From Lingula anatina (Eukaryota; Animalia; Brachiopoda): a stretch of DNA of 64,000 nucleotides. The notes below the pieces were generated by a model. It was given only the letters and a program-made list of their open reading frames with translations. It was not told the DNA's origin and made no database searches. The translations under genes were made by a program, and so were the position numbers. Location: the NCBI GenBank assembly GCA_051362555.1, contig CM120647.1, positions 10,950,651 through 11,014,650 of the forward strand. The letters are read 5' to 3'. The number at the start of each line of letters is the position of its first letter. The first letter of the stretch is position 1. Positions 62,845 to 64,000 of the stretch are shown one piece after another.

Positions 62845-64000
62845 CAGACTTGACATTTAATATGGAATATTTTTTTCGAAATAATTTTTTATCAGTTTTT
62901 TCCTATTTTGCTGACTGATAAATGAAAATAAGGATTAAAATCGTGTTTAAATAACTTTAAATTATCTCTTTGATGCCATTGTGACATCAGTTCATTTATG
63001 GAATTTGCCAGAGAAGCAAACAAAAACACATTGCCTATTCTATGTCATACCACTCCCATTAAAAGATATATTTTGGATCTCCATATTTTCCAAATTATCG
63101 TCTGTAAAAGGGTAATACGCTCCACAAAAGACCCTCATGTCAGTTGCTAGTCACAGTAATGGTCGTTGTTACGCCTGGCCTCTTCGTGGCTGTTGCCAGC
63201 GCTCTCAAGCGGCAAGGCATATCTTGGGGGTAGGTTTTTAGAGTTCAATCTGGAATAGCATTTCAGGCATCGGTCTAAAATTGTCCAATCTGGTCCAGTT
63301 TTGTTGTAGGACATGTAGGCAGTTGATTGGTGAGTAATGGTCTACCGAAATATTGTCTATGTGGTTCAAATGTGGCGATTTTGATGACCAGGGTAGCTGC
63401 TCATTCCCTTGGTTCTGTAAGTTATCTGCTATTAAAAGTGCGCTGTGTGAACCTGCAACCTCATCGTGCAACCTAGAATTGTTCCTAAGGTGCCCCCTAT
63501 CAAATGATAGTCAAGTGGTTCCGAGATTATTCCTTTATTTGATCTGGTTCAGGTTTTCGTCGATGACTACCATTGATGTTTTGGCACCAATGTGGAATCT
63601 ACTCCAAATATTGACGCTGTCAATCACCCTTGTCACTTTAGACCCGGCATATGCTTCGTCGTAGGCCTCCTCTGGATATCTGTAAACTCTGTTTTGACTA
63701 ATTGAGCGGTACAGGTGAAATCTGACCTCAATAAAGAAAGCCACGCAGTTTCAGTGTTCTACCCAGAATCGTTCATGGCCCCCAATTCATTAGAAAAACA
63801 GACGACGATGTTTTGCTGTATACAGTGGGTATCTCGGAGGTCATTTGATGTTCTTACCTGCTAAAACCAGTTTGGTGTTCGCTAAGGGCTTTGAAAAACG
63901 CATTTTAGTGGCAATTTACCCCTCGTTCTGAACGGACTAAGTGTTTTTTGTTTAGTTGCAGCAGCGTATCCCGAAAGACAGTGGGTCCTGTACCCTGTAG
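62845..64000 (-). mobile_element. second copy of the Tc1-like element, truncated by window edge
   Basis: Same TA+TIR, colinear with 2365-3520; LPWSSKSPHLNHIDNI. Confidence 0.9.

Noticed and set aside
1-64000. tRNA or rRNA genes
   Set aside because: I recognised no cloverleaf or rRNA-like segment; a tRNAscan-SE or Rfam scan would be needed to exclude them formally.

Overview
This is an AT-rich eukaryotic window with GT-AG introns, most likely from an invertebrate animal; the species cannot be told from the sequence. I reconstructed three multi-exon genes with phase-consistent splice sites. (1) A minus-strand SOGA/MTCL1-family coiled-coil gene runs from ATG 34267 off the left edge (about 15 exons, >2400 aa) and starts with a Cys/His motif. 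A separate 211-aa ORF at 39301-39936 carries two more copies of that motif. (2) A complete 17-exon plus-strand DUF885-family gene (43114-51395, about 627 aa) has a signal peptide, HEGNPGHH and EGWGLYAE motifs and a GPI-type tail. (3) The 5' part of a secreted EMI-like/EGF protein gene starts at 53911. The introns hold two decayed Tc1-like copies, a three-level nest (hAT-type MITE > 3.4-kb Helentron-type HINE with satellite arrays > small HINE), a Kolobok-like TTAA element, and Harbinger- and MULE-type MITEs. The most unusual signal is a 21-bp minisatellite that is an amplified exon/intron junction, giving about 20 in-frame tandem splice donors spaced exactly one coiled-coil heptad apart. All family assignments come from motif recognition by eye, not from database searches.
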